Program-made: the position numbers and the translations under genes | From: Nemertoderma westbladi | Taxonomy: Eukaryota > Animalia > Xenacoelomorpha | Direction of reading: 5' to 3' | Assembly: GCA_032718475.1 (NCBI GenBank) | Contig: JAUCBJ010002933.1 | Span: forward strand, 1 to 48,170 | Length of the DNA: 48,170 bases | Shown here: positions 47,701 through 48,170 of the stretch, piece after piece | How positions within the stretch are numbered: position 1 is the first letter of the stretch | Layout of the letters: every line of letters starts with the position of its first letter | Notes under the pieces: model-generated | Databases searched by the model: none | What the model was told of the DNA's origin: nothing | The model's input: the letters and a program-made list of their open reading frames with translations, nothing else

Positions 47701-48170
47701 GACTATAGTTAAGAGATGGTGTGTCATCTTCGTTTGTATGACTTGTAGAGCTATCCATCTCGATATGGTAAACGATCTATCCACCAACAGCTTTGTGTTG
47801 AGTTTACGACGACAGATTGCTCGTTTCGGAACCAGTAACACGATGAGATCAGATAAGGGAACGAACTTCATTGGCGCCAACAACGAAATTCAAGCTTACG
47901 TAAAGGACTGGAACAAAAGACAGGTGGACGATCAGCTAAAGATAACAGCGTCTAGCTGGACCTTCAACGCCGCCGACGCCCCTTGGTGGGGAGGAAGTTG
48001 GGAGAGATTGATTAGAAGCGTGAAAACTGCGTTCCACTTTATTGTACCTTGTCGCGCTTATCTCACCGACGAACTATTGCGGACGTTAATGGAGGAAATC
48101 GCCGCCTATCTCAACGAAAGACCGCTTATGCCAGTCTCTTCAAGTCCGGATTCCCTGGAAGCGCTAACTT
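44780..48170 (+). CDS. Element B pol (RT, RNase H, integrase); frame apparently open to the window end
   Basis: YEVGLPF, RVVFDGS, SDIEGMFLQV, YMDD, FDPLG, FGDAS, WTDA, NPADIASRG, H..LYHAG...CIPC, GVDLFGP, RSDKGTNF, GGSWERLI. The ORF track reports no terminated ORF in this frame, consistent with no stop. Confidence 0.9.

Larger units (their letters stand above)
27360..48170 (+). mobile_element. Element B: BEL/Pao LTR retrotransposon inserted into A, interrupted by C and D; 3' end beyond the window
   Basis: Starts TGTAAAAGC at 27360, homologous to the terminus of C; then LTR, ~2.25-kb leader and gag-PR-RT-RH-IN in order. Confidence 0.9.

Overview
Eukaryotic (probably invertebrate) repeat-dense window with no intact host gene. 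Left half (1-23.6 kb): a nearly complete pogo-superfamily DD35D transposon plus relics of BEL/Pao, LINE, Penelope-like, piggyBac and hAT elements, MITEs and minisatellites. Right half: nested BEL/Pao LTR retrotransposons. Element B (+, 27360 to beyond the window) interrupts element A (-). B is itself interrupted by a related non-autonomous element C (-, 33037-41423, 5-bp TSD CAAGG) and by an unclassified, hairpin-dense 1.27-kb insert D with no TSD. Main result: B and C have no tRNA-type PBS. The 11-12 nt directly after each 5' LTR are perfectly complementary to a site about 750 nt upstream inside the same LTR, with three compensatory substitutions between B and C. This points to Tf1-like self-primed reverse transcription in a BEL/Pao lineage. 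C also has asymmetric LTRs and one open 1417-aa gag-protease ORF with RT/RNase H and integrase removed in frame. All comparisons were made by eye; no searches were run.
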